NCBI GenBank assembly: GCA_039033415.1 | Contig: JBCCCR010000002.1 | Span: 38,581-102,580, forward strand | Direction of reading: 5' to 3' | Source: Pseudomonadota bacterium | GTDB taxonomy: Bacteria; Pseudomonadota; Gammaproteobacteria; Xanthomonadales; SZUA-38 | Length of the DNA stretch: 64,000 nucleotides | Position numbers and translations under genes: made by a program | Notes under the pieces: model-generated | Seen by the model: the letters and a program-made list of their open reading frames with translations, nothing else | Database searches by the model: none | Told to the model about the DNA's origin: nothing | Shown here: positions 10,301-19,300 of the stretch, piece by piece | Layout: the number at the start of each line of letters is the position of its first letter | How positions within the stretch are numbered: the first letter of the stretch is position 1

Positions 10301-13300
10301 GCATCGTGACCCCACCCTTGCCCGCTGCGGCCTGGCTAACCTTGGCGGGCAGGCTGCTGAGATCGAACGGCTCCTCAAGGGCCTTGATGCGCAGGCAGCG
10401 GTCGGCCTCCAGCTCCTGACGACGCAGGTCCGCATCGGTCAAGATTGCGCGCGTCCCGCCGGGCGTGCCAAAGCCAGCGCTGAGCAGCTCGGAGGTCAAC
10501 GGCTGCAGCGTGTGCGCTGAACCGTCCGGCTGGGAGATGCGCTGCAAAGCGCCAAAGGGGTCGTAGCCGAAGTCCGTTCGGTTGCCCAGCTCGTCCACGG
10601 CGGCCGTCATGCGGTGCCTCGAGTCATATTCGAAGCTGCGGTTCGAGCCGTCGGGGTAGTCGATGCTGATCAGGTCGCCGTTGGCGTCGTGAGTCAGGTC
10701 GGTTCGACGGCCCGCCGGATCGGTGATCGAATCCATCCGCCCGCCAGGCCCGCCATAGGTGAGTGAGGTACCGCCGCCGTTGGGGTCGGTTACCGACGTC
10801 AGCTGGTTCTGGCCGTTGTAGCCATAGCTGGTGACCCCGCCGTCGTCGTCGGTTCGCGAGGTGATATACCCGTCAGCGTTGTAGCTGTTGTGCGCGCCCG
10901 TCGGGAAAAAGCGGGTGAACGTACCGTCCATGTTGTCCTGCAGACTCACCGGATTGTTAGGGTTAGCCCGAAAACCCATCACTTCGGGGCCAGGTACAGC
11001 CGGGTACAGCAGCAGCGCTTCCTGATGCATCCCGGCAAGGTCCGGCGCACCATCGCCGTTGTAGTCGATCGCCACGACACCGCGCACGTCGAACGCGCTC
11101 CCGGGAAACGCGGTCGGGATGAAATTGCCGCTGCCGTCATTGCGCAGCGTCGCAAAGTGCTCGTCGTCATCGCAGCCGACAAACAGATCCAGATCGCCAT
11201 CGCCGTCCATATCCGTGGCGTCGATACCAATCACCTGATCGCAGGTGGGCGTCTCGAGCTGGCCGCCAAAGGTCCCGTCACCGGCGCCCAGCAGCACCCG
11301 GACCGGGTCGTTGATCACCGTATTGGTGGACGTAAAGCCGGCCGCGATGTCCAGGATGCCGTCGTTGTTGAAGTCGGCCAGGAACGCGTCCTTGGGCGAT
11401 TCACCGGAGGCCGGGGCGTTAAACGTGGACATCATTTCGCCCGTGATACCGCCCAGTCCGTCGCCGAAATAGACCCATACCTCGTCGCGGAAGTTGGTCG
11501 CCACGACGTCGATGTGCCCGTCACCATTCACGTCGCCGAGCATCATCTCTTCCGGCAGGTCGTTGCTGCTGGTTTGGAACGAAGCGCCGGCGATAAACGG
11601 ATTGCCGCCCTGTTCCACAACGCCAGGCTGAGGCGCCGCGTTAAGCAGCAGCTCGACCCGGCTGTCCGAACCGTTGATGCGTCGATACACCACAAGGTCG
11701 TCCAGCATGTCGTGGTTCAGGTCGCCGGAGGCGAGCTGGCGAGCGTTGGGAGCCGGCACGTTGACGCGGGTGGAGAGCAGATCGCCACCGCCGTCGTTCA
11801 GGTAGAGCGCAACGTTCGCGCTGCTCGGATCGGTGCCGCGGATCAGGTCCACGTCGCCGTCGCCGTCGAAGTCGCCGCCGGCCAGCTCGCCGACCGTGCC
11901 CACCGTGTTAAACCGGGTCCGGTCAAAACCGCTGCCGGTATTGAGGTACATGTCGATGCTGGTTCGGTTCACGATCGCTAGATCCGTGACGCCGTCGTCA
12001 TTGAAGTCGGCTTTGACAAACTCCTCCTCGGCGTTGTTGCCGCCCAGCGTGAGCACGGTCTGGAAGGGGAAAAAGTTGCCGTTGCCCTCACCGGGAACCA
12101 CCGCAAGGTGGTCAGCGCCGCTCTGGCGACCCACAACCACCAGGTCGAGCGCGGCGTCGCCGGTGAACTCGCCAACCGCCAGTCCGCCGGCCACGGGGAC
12201 AGTAAAGGGATTGAATGTCTCCGGAAATCCACCGCTCCCGTTGTTCATGAGCGAGATCGCCGCGTTGCTGCCCTGGAGCGACACCAGCACGTCGGGGTGG
12301 GTGTCGGCATCCAGGTCCGCAACCTCAATCCGAAAGGAGTTGCCCAGGCCCAGCATTTCGCTGTTGAACTGGCTGAACCCGCCGCTGCCATCGTTGACCA
12401 TCGTCACCACGGTGTCGGTGCTGGTGTCGAGCAGCACCAGATCCGCGTGACCATCGCGATTGATATCCCCGGCCTCGATATCGACCGGCCGGTCGGTGGG
12501 GTTGTAATACGTCGGTGGCCCAAAGCCGCCGCTGCCGTCGCCAAAGTAGACGCCAACGCTGCTGCTCGCATCGCCGATAAAGACCACGGCCAGGTCGGGA
12601 TTGGTGTCACCATTGAAGTCGCCAGAGATGCCGTCTCGGGTGTTGCTCCCGACCGATAGCGTCAGCGGAGGCAGCCAGCCGGCACCCGTATCGGACAGCA
12701 CCACGTCGTAGTTGGTGTCGGGATTGACGTAGGTGTTGTTGTGGTTGGGATACGCGATGTCGGAGCGACCGTCTTTGTTGAAGTCCGCCACGAGCACTTC
12801 ACGCGCATTGCGGATCCCGGTGCCGGTGATACTGAGCGGCGTCTGGAACGTTCCGTCACCATTGTTCAGATGCAGATCAACCCGATTGCCGACCGTCACC
12901 AGATCATGGGTGGGGCCGGCATCAAAAAACCCGCCGGCCATATTGCTTGGGATGTTTCCCGGCCCGGTGTCGAAACGGATCTGGCTGAACTCACCGGTGC
13001 CGTCGCCTAAGAAAACCGTGATGTGCTCATCGGTATTGACCGAGCTCGAGAACCCGGTGTTTGCAACGGCGATATCGAGGTTGCCGCTGCCGTCAAAGTC
13101 GGCCACCACCGGATCGCTGTGCCCCTTCGGGAAGTTGACGGGAAAGATATTGAGCGCAATCTGCCCGCCGAACCGACCCGTACCGGCGCGCTGGGCGCGA
13201 TAGACAAAGCTGGAGGCATTGCCGTCGACCAGCACCGCGGAGCCGTCTTCAGCGAAGTGCAACCGCTCGTGACCCAGCAGCCCCCAGCCCGCACCAAAGT

Positions 13301-16082
13301 CGCTGCTCATGCGATTGACCAGGGGCACCCGACCGGTCCGGGTTGCGGTGACGCCGCTGGACTGGAAGCGACCGGTCAACCGGTATTCGTATTCATGCAG
13401 CCCGGTCGGCAGCGTTGCAAAGTCGATCTGTCCTGCGGTTCGAAACTCCTCGCCGGGGCCCGGCAGGCCCTTGCCGTAAGCCTTATTGGCCGTAGATGAG
13501 CCGGTACTGGTAGCGCCGCTCACGCCGCCAACCCGCACCTGGCTCTGCACCGACGCCGGCGCACTGCGGGGAACGTCTGAGGTCGATACCAGCGTGGTCA
13601 GCCCCGACGCGGCGGTGGAGTTGTAGCGAATGTCGTAGGCGGTGCGCCCGTTGTCGGTTCGATACGACACCAGCTCGGCGTCATAGGGCAGCTCACCGGA
13701 AATCACGTCCGGCGCCAGCCTGGCTAGCAGCCGAAACTTGCTGCAGTAGTCGCAGTCCTTGTCCTCCGGCACCTCCAACCCGGTCAGCCTGGCCAGCGGC
13801 CCGTGCCAATCGGCGGCGATTACGCCGCCGGAGATGGTGCGGATCTCGTTCCCGTTCACCTGCCCCTGGCCGACGACAGCAAACTGGCCCAGGCTCGGAT
13901 CCAGCGACCAGATGTCGACCTCAACGCCGTTTGGCAGACCGTCAGTATTGGGGAAAAAAATGGGTACCGGCTCATCAAAATACACGCCGACAGGCTGGAT
14001 CGTGATCAGCGTTCCAAAGCCGAGCTCCTCGGGAAGCGCCGCCGGCGCAACCGCGTCCGGCACCAGAGAAATCGACATCTCGCCGGTGTAGTCCGATCCG
14101 TCGGGCGACTTCGCCGTATTGGGCGGAATCTCGATGCGGATTCCCAGCGTATCGTTACGCACTACGGTCGTGCTGTTCGGGTCGACCGTGGTGAGACTTT
14201 CCGCCGCAACGCGAGGCAGAAAGAAAGGACGGTCAAACTCATTAATTACATCCGGAATCAGGCTGATAGCCTCCCGGAAACCGGCGTAGGGTGCACCGTC
14301 GGGCGCTAGATTGGCCGTGGCCGTGGCAATGTCGAGCAGCACCAGCCCAGACGGTACGTTGGCCAGCGTAAAGCGGCCGTCCGGACCGGTGGTGTCAGAA
14401 ACCCCGCTGTCCAAGATGGAGACCACAGCGCCCTCCACGGCCCGCTCGGTCCCGTCGGCGGTAAAGTCAGTCGTGTCGAGCACGCGCCCCGTGATGGTCG
14501 TCACTTCGCCCATCGGCATCTGCACCGAAAGCGTGACAGCCTCGGTATCCATCGCCTTGCCGTCCGTCACCGCAAAGGTCACGGGAAAATCCGCGACCTG
14601 GGCTTCGGTGGGTCGAAAACGCAGCTCGCCGGACATGCCGTCGTAGGATGCACCCGACGGCAGCGGCGCGGCGGAAAACAGCAGCGCGTCGCCGGCATTG
14701 GCGTCCGTGGCGGTCGTGGTGAGTCGAAGCTCGCGGCCGAGCAGCACGGTTTGGGTACCGATCATCGACAGTACCGGCGGCTGATTAAGGGCCGTGATCG
14801 GCGTGCTGACGGGCGAGGACAGATTGCCGGCCCGGTCGATCGCCACTAGCTCCAGCACATCCCCTTGGCTGCCCACCACCTGGGTCAGGAAACTCCCGCT
14901 GACGCTGCTGGGTATCACCTGAATAGCGCTTGACGCGGTGTTGGTGATCCGGACCTGCGCCCCGGCTTCGACCGCACCAACCAGCCCCTCGGTACGCGCG
15001 GAACCGCCATCCGGCGGCGTTATGTCAACCCGCAGCAAATCGACTGCGGCCGGAGGCACCGTGTCCAGAGTGAGGAACACCAGCACAGAAATCTCTCCTC
15101 CACCCTGCAGCGTGGCCCTGAATTCAAAAGTGTTGTCACCCTCAGTCAATGACACGGGGACGGTGAAGCCACCGGCGTTGATGCTGACCGGCGCACCGTC
15201 GAGGGTCAGCGTGAGCACATCACCGGTCACGGTGCCCTCCAGAACAACATTCGGGGTGTTGACGAACGCCCCGTTCAAGGGAGCCAGGAGATCAACGGCC
15301 AGCGCCTCGAAGCTGTCGAAAAACACCAGATCAAGATCACCCTTGGCGGCCAGCGCAAGGATGGCGTCGGAGCGCTCCAGGAACAGTTCGACCGAGTGGT
15401 CTCGGGGCGAGAAGCGAAACACCTGACCATTGAGGCAACCGAGCAGTAGCTCGTTGCCCAGTGCGGTGATTGATCGGACCCGGCCGCAGCCGAGCTCGAA
15501 CGCGTCGAAGCGTATGACCTCATCACCCCGGTGATCCAGGGCGACCAGTCCGTCGCCGGCCAGCCAAAGCAGGGAGCCAAGAACGGCAAAGTCTCGGAAG
15601 GCAAACGTCGTTCCCAACGGCCGTTCGCCGAGGACCTCACCGGCGCGATCGAGTAGGTAAAGCGTGCCATCGGCCGCATCGGTCACCATGACAAGATCGT
15701 CGGAAGCCAGCAGGCCGCGTGGCAGCCGGATCGCGTTCGGCAGGCCGATCCGGTGAAGCACCTGACCGCCGTCGCTCAGAACGGTGATCTCTCGGCTTGC
15801 CCAATGACCAAAGTAGCGGTGCGTCCCGTCAACAGCCGCGGTGTCTGGGACCGGATAGTGAAACCACGGCTGACTTTCCCCAGCAACCGACCGCTTGGCG
15901 GCCAATCCGTCTTCGGTGGGGCGCAGCGTGAGCGTTTCCTGAGCGACCGGAGTCACCACCAGCAGCGTCTCGGCGGACCGATCAGGCGGCTTAGCCAGTC
16001 CTTGTGCTCGCGCCTCCGGCGCCAGCAATAAAGAAACAAACAGCCAGACTGCCGCGGCCGAGCTCAACGGTATGCGAGCCAT
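7398..16082 (-). CDS. giant secreted Rhs/YD-repeat polymorphic toxin with Ig-like, FG-GAP/VCBS beta-propeller repeats, RHS core and variable C-terminal toxin domain
   Basis: 2894 aa; GGGAGGA RBS 7 nt upstream of ATG 16082; N-terminal signal peptide; many FG-GAP-like motifs (DFNGDGxxDxA); YD repeats (YxYDxxGN); RHS core end motif ...NNPVSLVDPSGL followed by ~290-aa divergent tail with lower GC. Confidence 0.85.
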   Translation of the reverse strand: MARIPLSSAAAVWLFVSLLLAPEARAQGLAKPPDRSAETLLVVTPVAQETLTLRPTEDGLAAKRSVAGESQPWFHYPVPDTAAVDGTHRYFGHWASREITVLSDGGQVLHRIGLPNAIRLPRGLLASDDLVMVTDAADGTLYLLDRAGEVLGERPLGTTFAFRDFAVLGSLLWLAGDGLVALDHRGDEVIRFDAFELGCGRVRSITALGNELLLGCLNGQVFRFSPRDHSVELFLERSDAILALAAKGDLDLVFFDSFEALAVDLLAPLNGAFVNTPNVVLEGTVTGDVLTLTLDGAPVSINAGGFTVPVSLTEGDNTFEFRATLQGGGEISVLVFLTLDTVPPAAVDLLRVDITPPDGGSARTEGLVGAVEAGAQVRITNTASSAIQVIPSSVSGSFLTQVVGSQGDVLELVAIDRAGNLSSPVSTPITALNQPPVLSMIGTQTVLLGRELRLTTTATDANAGDALLFSAAPLPSGASYDGMSGELRFRPTEAQVADFPVTFAVTDGKAMDTEAVTLSVQMPMGEVTTITGRVLDTTDFTADGTERAVEGAVVSILDSGVSDTTGPDGRFTLANVPSGLVLLDIATATANLAPDGAPYAGFREAISLIPDVINEFDRPFFLPRVAAESLTTVDPNSTTVVRNDTLGIRIEIPPNTAKSPDGSDYTGEMSISLVPDAVAPAALPEELGFGTLITIQPVGVYFDEPVPIFFPNTDGLPNGVEVDIWSLDPSLGQFAVVGQGQVNGNEIRTISGGVIAADWHGPLARLTGLEVPEDKDCDYCSKFRLLARLAPDVISGELPYDAELVSYRTDNGRTAYDIRYNSTAASGLTTLVSTSDVPRSAPASVQSQVRVGGVSGATSTGSSTANKAYGKGLPGPGEEFRTAGQIDFATLPTGLHEYEYRLTGRFQSSGVTATRTGRVPLVNRMSSDFGAGWGLLGHERLHFAEDGSAVLVDGNASSFVYRAQRAGTGRFGGQIALNIFPVNFPKGHSDPVVADFDGSGNLDIAVANTGFSSSVNTDEHITVFLGDGTGEFSQIRFDTGPGNIPSNMAGGFFDAGPTHDLVTVGNRVDLHLNNGDGTFQTPLSITGTGIRNAREVLVADFNKDGRSDIAYPNHNNTYVNPDTNYDVVLSDTGAGWLPPLTLSVGSNTRDGISGDFNGDTNPDLAVVFIGDASSSVGVYFGDGSGGFGPPTYYNPTDRPVDIEAGDINRDGHADLVLLDTSTDTVVTMVNDGSGGFSQFNSEMLGLGNSFRIEVADLDADTHPDVLVSLQGSNAAISLMNNGSGGFPETFNPFTVPVAGGLAVGEFTGDAALDLVVVGRQSGADHLAVVPGEGNGNFFPFQTVLTLGGNNAEEEFVKADFNDDGVTDLAIVNRTSIDMYLNTGSGFDRTRFNTVGTVGELAGGDFDGDGDVDLIRGTDPSSANVALYLNDGGGDLLSTRVNVPAPNARQLASGDLNHDMLDDLVVYRRINGSDSRVELLLNAAPQPGVVEQGGNPFIAGASFQTSSNDLPEEMMLGDVNGDGHIDVVATNFRDEVWVYFGDGLGGITGEMMSTFNAPASGESPKDAFLADFNNDGILDIAAGFTSTNTVINDPVRVLLGAGDGTFGGQLETPTCDQVIGIDATDMDGDGDLDLFVGCDDDEHFATLRNDGSGNFIPTAFPGSAFDVRGVVAIDYNGDGAPDLAGMHQEALLLYPAVPGPEVMGFRANPNNPVSLQDNMDGTFTRFFPTGAHNSYNADGYITSRTDDDGGVTSYGYNGQNQLTSVTDPNGGGTSLTYGGPGGRMDSITDPAGRRTDLTHDANGDLISIDYPDGSNRSFEYDSRHRMTAAVDELGNRTDFGYDPFGALQRISQPDGSAHTLQPLTSELLSAGFGTPGGTRAILTDADLRRQELEADRCLRIKALEEPFDLSSLPAKVSQAAAGKGGVTMLRTERFYNARGYLTREITPDGVETVQSYDDNGNLVRLTEASGMPLERTTLFEYDPMVSEPVRIIDANGNETLIERDAGGRATRLTDQGGNEQTFVYDAQGRLQTFTDANTHTVDYTYDAMGNVASITNGDGTVISYVRDSAGNITTTTAAVGQAEEAVQLFTYDSRDRELTATDRAGNTRRRDYDDRGNVIRRENESGESWEYDYDSLGRVSQVRSPSIGTRSFTYTPGGRLLSAIEGTGGRVDNEYDVAGQLVRTIDQLGNIQSYRYDVSGRLTSIADGSGNETLFTYDDLGRRTEIRDAAGETELFEYDALNNMVRRTRPGGAVVDYTYTPTMRLESISTGGDTISYSYDGVGNLLSAEDSDSELVFTYGPDGKMSSAVTGPGGAQPEVTFTYAHNRLGYRTGLAESTGAASGYQRSPSGLIEQLTTAAGPVIGFSHDSYGRTTQVRYPNGVEVNASYNAITGRLDRMTHGLPGTPFIDLEYTYNGSGDVASRALNGSPVTYTYDAKRQVIATSDGEAYQYDPEGNRVASHLSVAYTTEAGNRLTADGTFSYGYDEVGRLVSRTELGSSYSETFVWNALDQLLSHTATDGAVTTYQYDGLSRLFGVNQDGVQRYFIYDGGNRRLEYDGSGMLLARYEFSDALDRPLSMQRDGQSYYYHGDYVGSVLAVTSATGSVVNDYRYDSFGNLTQNVAAVTNPFLFQGRPLDAQSGLYQFRARWLDPVTGRFTSPDPLGISGRDSNLYGFVGNNPVSLVDPSGLESKALSTGLDAIIAGGGLLDAAGAPGLGPLALVGAGKYLYDTANRTEPIDGVVIADGVVNAAGVGLFGASISSGAAVFPPAGIAIAVYGASRFAIDRYVDHLDAENRRANAEAREKTATIRERSRKRTIAELDQGLKRYFAICIRELELRGDLTDYQKKVLNSLLNIGFESELRLIDLEIQSQRNAEETEIDQCVDSASTTGQVKAR

Positions 16083-16345
16083 CGCCCTATCCTCCCAGCG
16101 GGTTTCCTCATAGTGTCATGCGCAAGACCTGAGGTTTTTGCGCCAGGAGCTGGATGGAGAGGCGTATCGTCGGCGCTAACGCCTAAACCTTGTCTGGAGA
16201 ATTGGGCCGAACCCGGACGTCATCGGCCGCCCCGTCACCGGGGCGCCGATCGCGAAAAGCCGCTGTCTGGGGCCCGAGACCCCCAGTTCTTGTACCGTCG
16301 ATTTAAGGCGCCGCTAGTACCGTCAGCTAGGGCCTCAAGACCGGC

Positions 16346-19300
16346 CTACTCGAAGCCGTCAGCAAAAACCGCGTCGAAGATCGGTCCGCCAAGCTGGAAC
16401 GTGAGCTCGTTGTTGCTTTCGTCTTTCTCCGTCAGCAGTCCTGCGGGATCAACCACTGCACGGAACACCTGTTTGCTGGCGGTGCCCAGATTCCCGTTGA
16501 AAGTGACGATTCGGGTTTCGCCGGCCGCCAGGTTCATCACGTCCTGGACCAGAATCTGCCCGTCATTTTGGAATATCTCAAGTGACAGGCTATCGATGGT
16601 GAAGTCCCCGCTGTTGCTGACCGAAACCGCCAGCTCGTAGTCCTGGTTTGGCAAAACGTTTCCAGGCGTCAGGTCGATCAGAGAGACGGTCGCATCGATG
16701 CCCAGCGGGTGTTCCAGATAGGCCAGATCGCTGGCGCCCTCCGTCGGCACATTTTCTGCCGTGAAGGTACCGGTGCCCGGGGTGGTCACCTCAACGTCTT
16801 CGAGCGTTACGGCCGTTTTAATGTAGGCGAGGTTGAGCGAACCGTCGGCGGCAAAGGCGGCGACCACCGGACCCTCGATGTCCGAATCGTCCTGCAGGGC
16901 CTGCGCCTGACCCCATTGGTCGGCGACCTGATCGAAGATGAGGTAGCCCGCGTTCAGGCCGTCACCCTGCGAGAATGGCCACACAATGGCCAGGTTCCCG
17001 TTGGCGTCGGACACGAGCTCAAAGCTCTGGAAACCCACGTCGCCACTGCCTGGTCGAATCGTGACCACATCAGCGATATCGACGCTGTCCCGCAGCCAGA
17101 CCAGGTCACCATCACGAACCCAAACGAGATGCCGCGACCCGCTGCTGTCATACGCTAACGCCGGCGCGGTATCGGATGTGGTGTCGTTCGTGATGCGCTG
17201 CGGCGCGGCCCATGACAGACCGTCGAAGGTCGTGAGAAATAGCTCCGCCTCGGCGGCGTTGAAGCCCGACGATCCGGTTGACCGAATGAATGCGGCGGAA
17301 GCCACGTTGGCGTCACGCTGAGCAACCGTCGTTTGGGTAAGTGCGGTTAGCCCCGATGCAATGGACTGCGGTGCACTCCAGCTTGAACCGCTCCAGGTTG
17401 CGTAACTGAGCGCAACCGGATTGGCGGCATCCCCGAGCAGGTTTCCGCCCGAATGATTTTTCCAAATGGCGAGAACTGAACCATCGTTACCGGAAGCAAT
17501 ATTGGCCGCATGGTCCATGTCGGTGTTGCTGGTGACGGCAACCGGTGTCGACCAACTCGTGCCATTCCAAACACTCGAGACAAGCTCCAAACTCTGGGCA
17601 AACGCCAGATCGAACTCGGTAATTGGGTCCAAGGAGGACAACTCGGACCGCTCCCACAGCGCGATGCCGTTTCCGACACCATCAAAGGCTACCTGCGGCG
17701 CAAACTCCGGCTGCGTGTCGTCAACAATCTGGACGGGCGCCTGCCAGGAGGCTCCGTCATAGAACAGCGAGCGAATCTCCGTACCTCGACCGGCAGGATC
17801 CGCCGGATCGTCGTGCACATAAACCAGCAGGCGACGACCATCGCCGGTGGTGCTCAAGGACAGTCGGGTTCTTGGGAACGTGCTGCTGACCAGGGTGGTT
17901 TCGACGTCACCAGAACTGACCGTCGTTTTGCCGGGGGAAACGGCAAAGGTTGCATAGTCAGGCTGTGCCAGGTGTTTCCTCGGCAGCAACCGCCAGTTGG
18001 CGGGCGCCAACACGGCCTTGTTCGCCATGTCCGACACCGTACACCCGCCCGGGATGGTGCAGTTTACGGCCTGAACAAAGACGTCACCAAAGCCGTAAAT
18101 GTCGAACTGAACCTGCGCCACGAGCAGGATGCCCGCCCTGTCGAAGTTGGGCTCGGGCACCTTTGCCATGACAAACGGCTCGCCGCCACCAAACACCGTG
18201 ATGTCGACGTTTTCGAGCGGCCGCACGTGCAGCGAAGCGTTGGTGGGCAGACCGATACGGCCCGTACCCGAGTCAAACTGCAGCGCCCCGCCGGTGCGAG
18301 GCCTAAAGGTGGCGGTGAATTTGCCGCGACCGCCGATCTTGCCGCTAATCAGCACGGTGTCCAACACCCCTTCGATGTAGTCGCCAATCAGCGGAATGCT
18401 GGTCAGGACAGAGACGCCAGGAAAGATCTCCAGCAGCCGCTGCTCACGGGTGATCGAACCGGTGATGTCAATGCCGAACGTGGTGGCAAGCAGATCCAGA
18501 CTCCTGCCGCACAGAAACTGAACCTGACCCTCGCCAAATACGGTTCCGACAATCTCAAACGCCGCAACCGCCAGACCGGTGGTACCGGCAAGCCCCACCG
18601 TGCCTAAACCCGAGGAGGCGGCCAGGACGTTAGCTTCGGCAAAGGTCGGCAGAATGCCGAGTTCCTGCCCACCAAAATAGGGAACAAACGACGGGATTGG
18701 AACGGTGGCAACAAATGGCGGCTCGGGATATTTGAAAGAATAGGCATAGTTCACAACCGGCGGCATCACCATGCTCGCGAAGTTGGAATCCACGCCCGGG
18801 ATATTCTGAATGGCCCACTCGACCCAAGCCGGAAACGGGAAGGCGGTGGTGGATTCGGATACCGGCTCAGAAAGAAAGCCATCCTGCTCCGCCTCTACCA
18901 CCAGGCTGTTGTTGTCACAGCCGAAGCCGGTCATGAGATCCGAGCCCATGTTGTAGATTGTCATGGCGCCGCTTGCCGTACCGGGCACAACGGTATCGTC
19001 TCCGTTGAGATCAAACGTCACCGAACCAAACGGTGCCTCGCCATTTCCGGCCAGGATTGGACCATTCCAGTCCACCTGAGCCTGGATGGTGTTGGACGCC
19101 ACCGGCCCGTTCAGAAAAAAATGATCCTCGAGGGTCAAACTCGGATTCAGTTCGACAACGGGCCGAACGTCCGGCTCGGCATCCTCGGTCGCTTCATTAT
19201 TGGTTTCGGATCGCTCCTCTATGGAATCAAAAGGGTCAACGGTAATGACAATCTCGTTGCCGGCGGCAAAGCCGTCGCCGGCCTGAAGCGCCGAGGTGAC

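Noticed and set aside
10890-11981. 363-aa ORF on + strand inside the Rhs gene (and similar long antisense ORFs 9969..10520, 12108..12659, 13803..14309, 17510..18607, 19895..20536, 22658..23392)
   Set aside because: They lie antisense to clearly conserved coding sequence in a 65% GC genome, where stop codons are depleted on all frames. Their composition is R/A/G/V-biased with no motifs.
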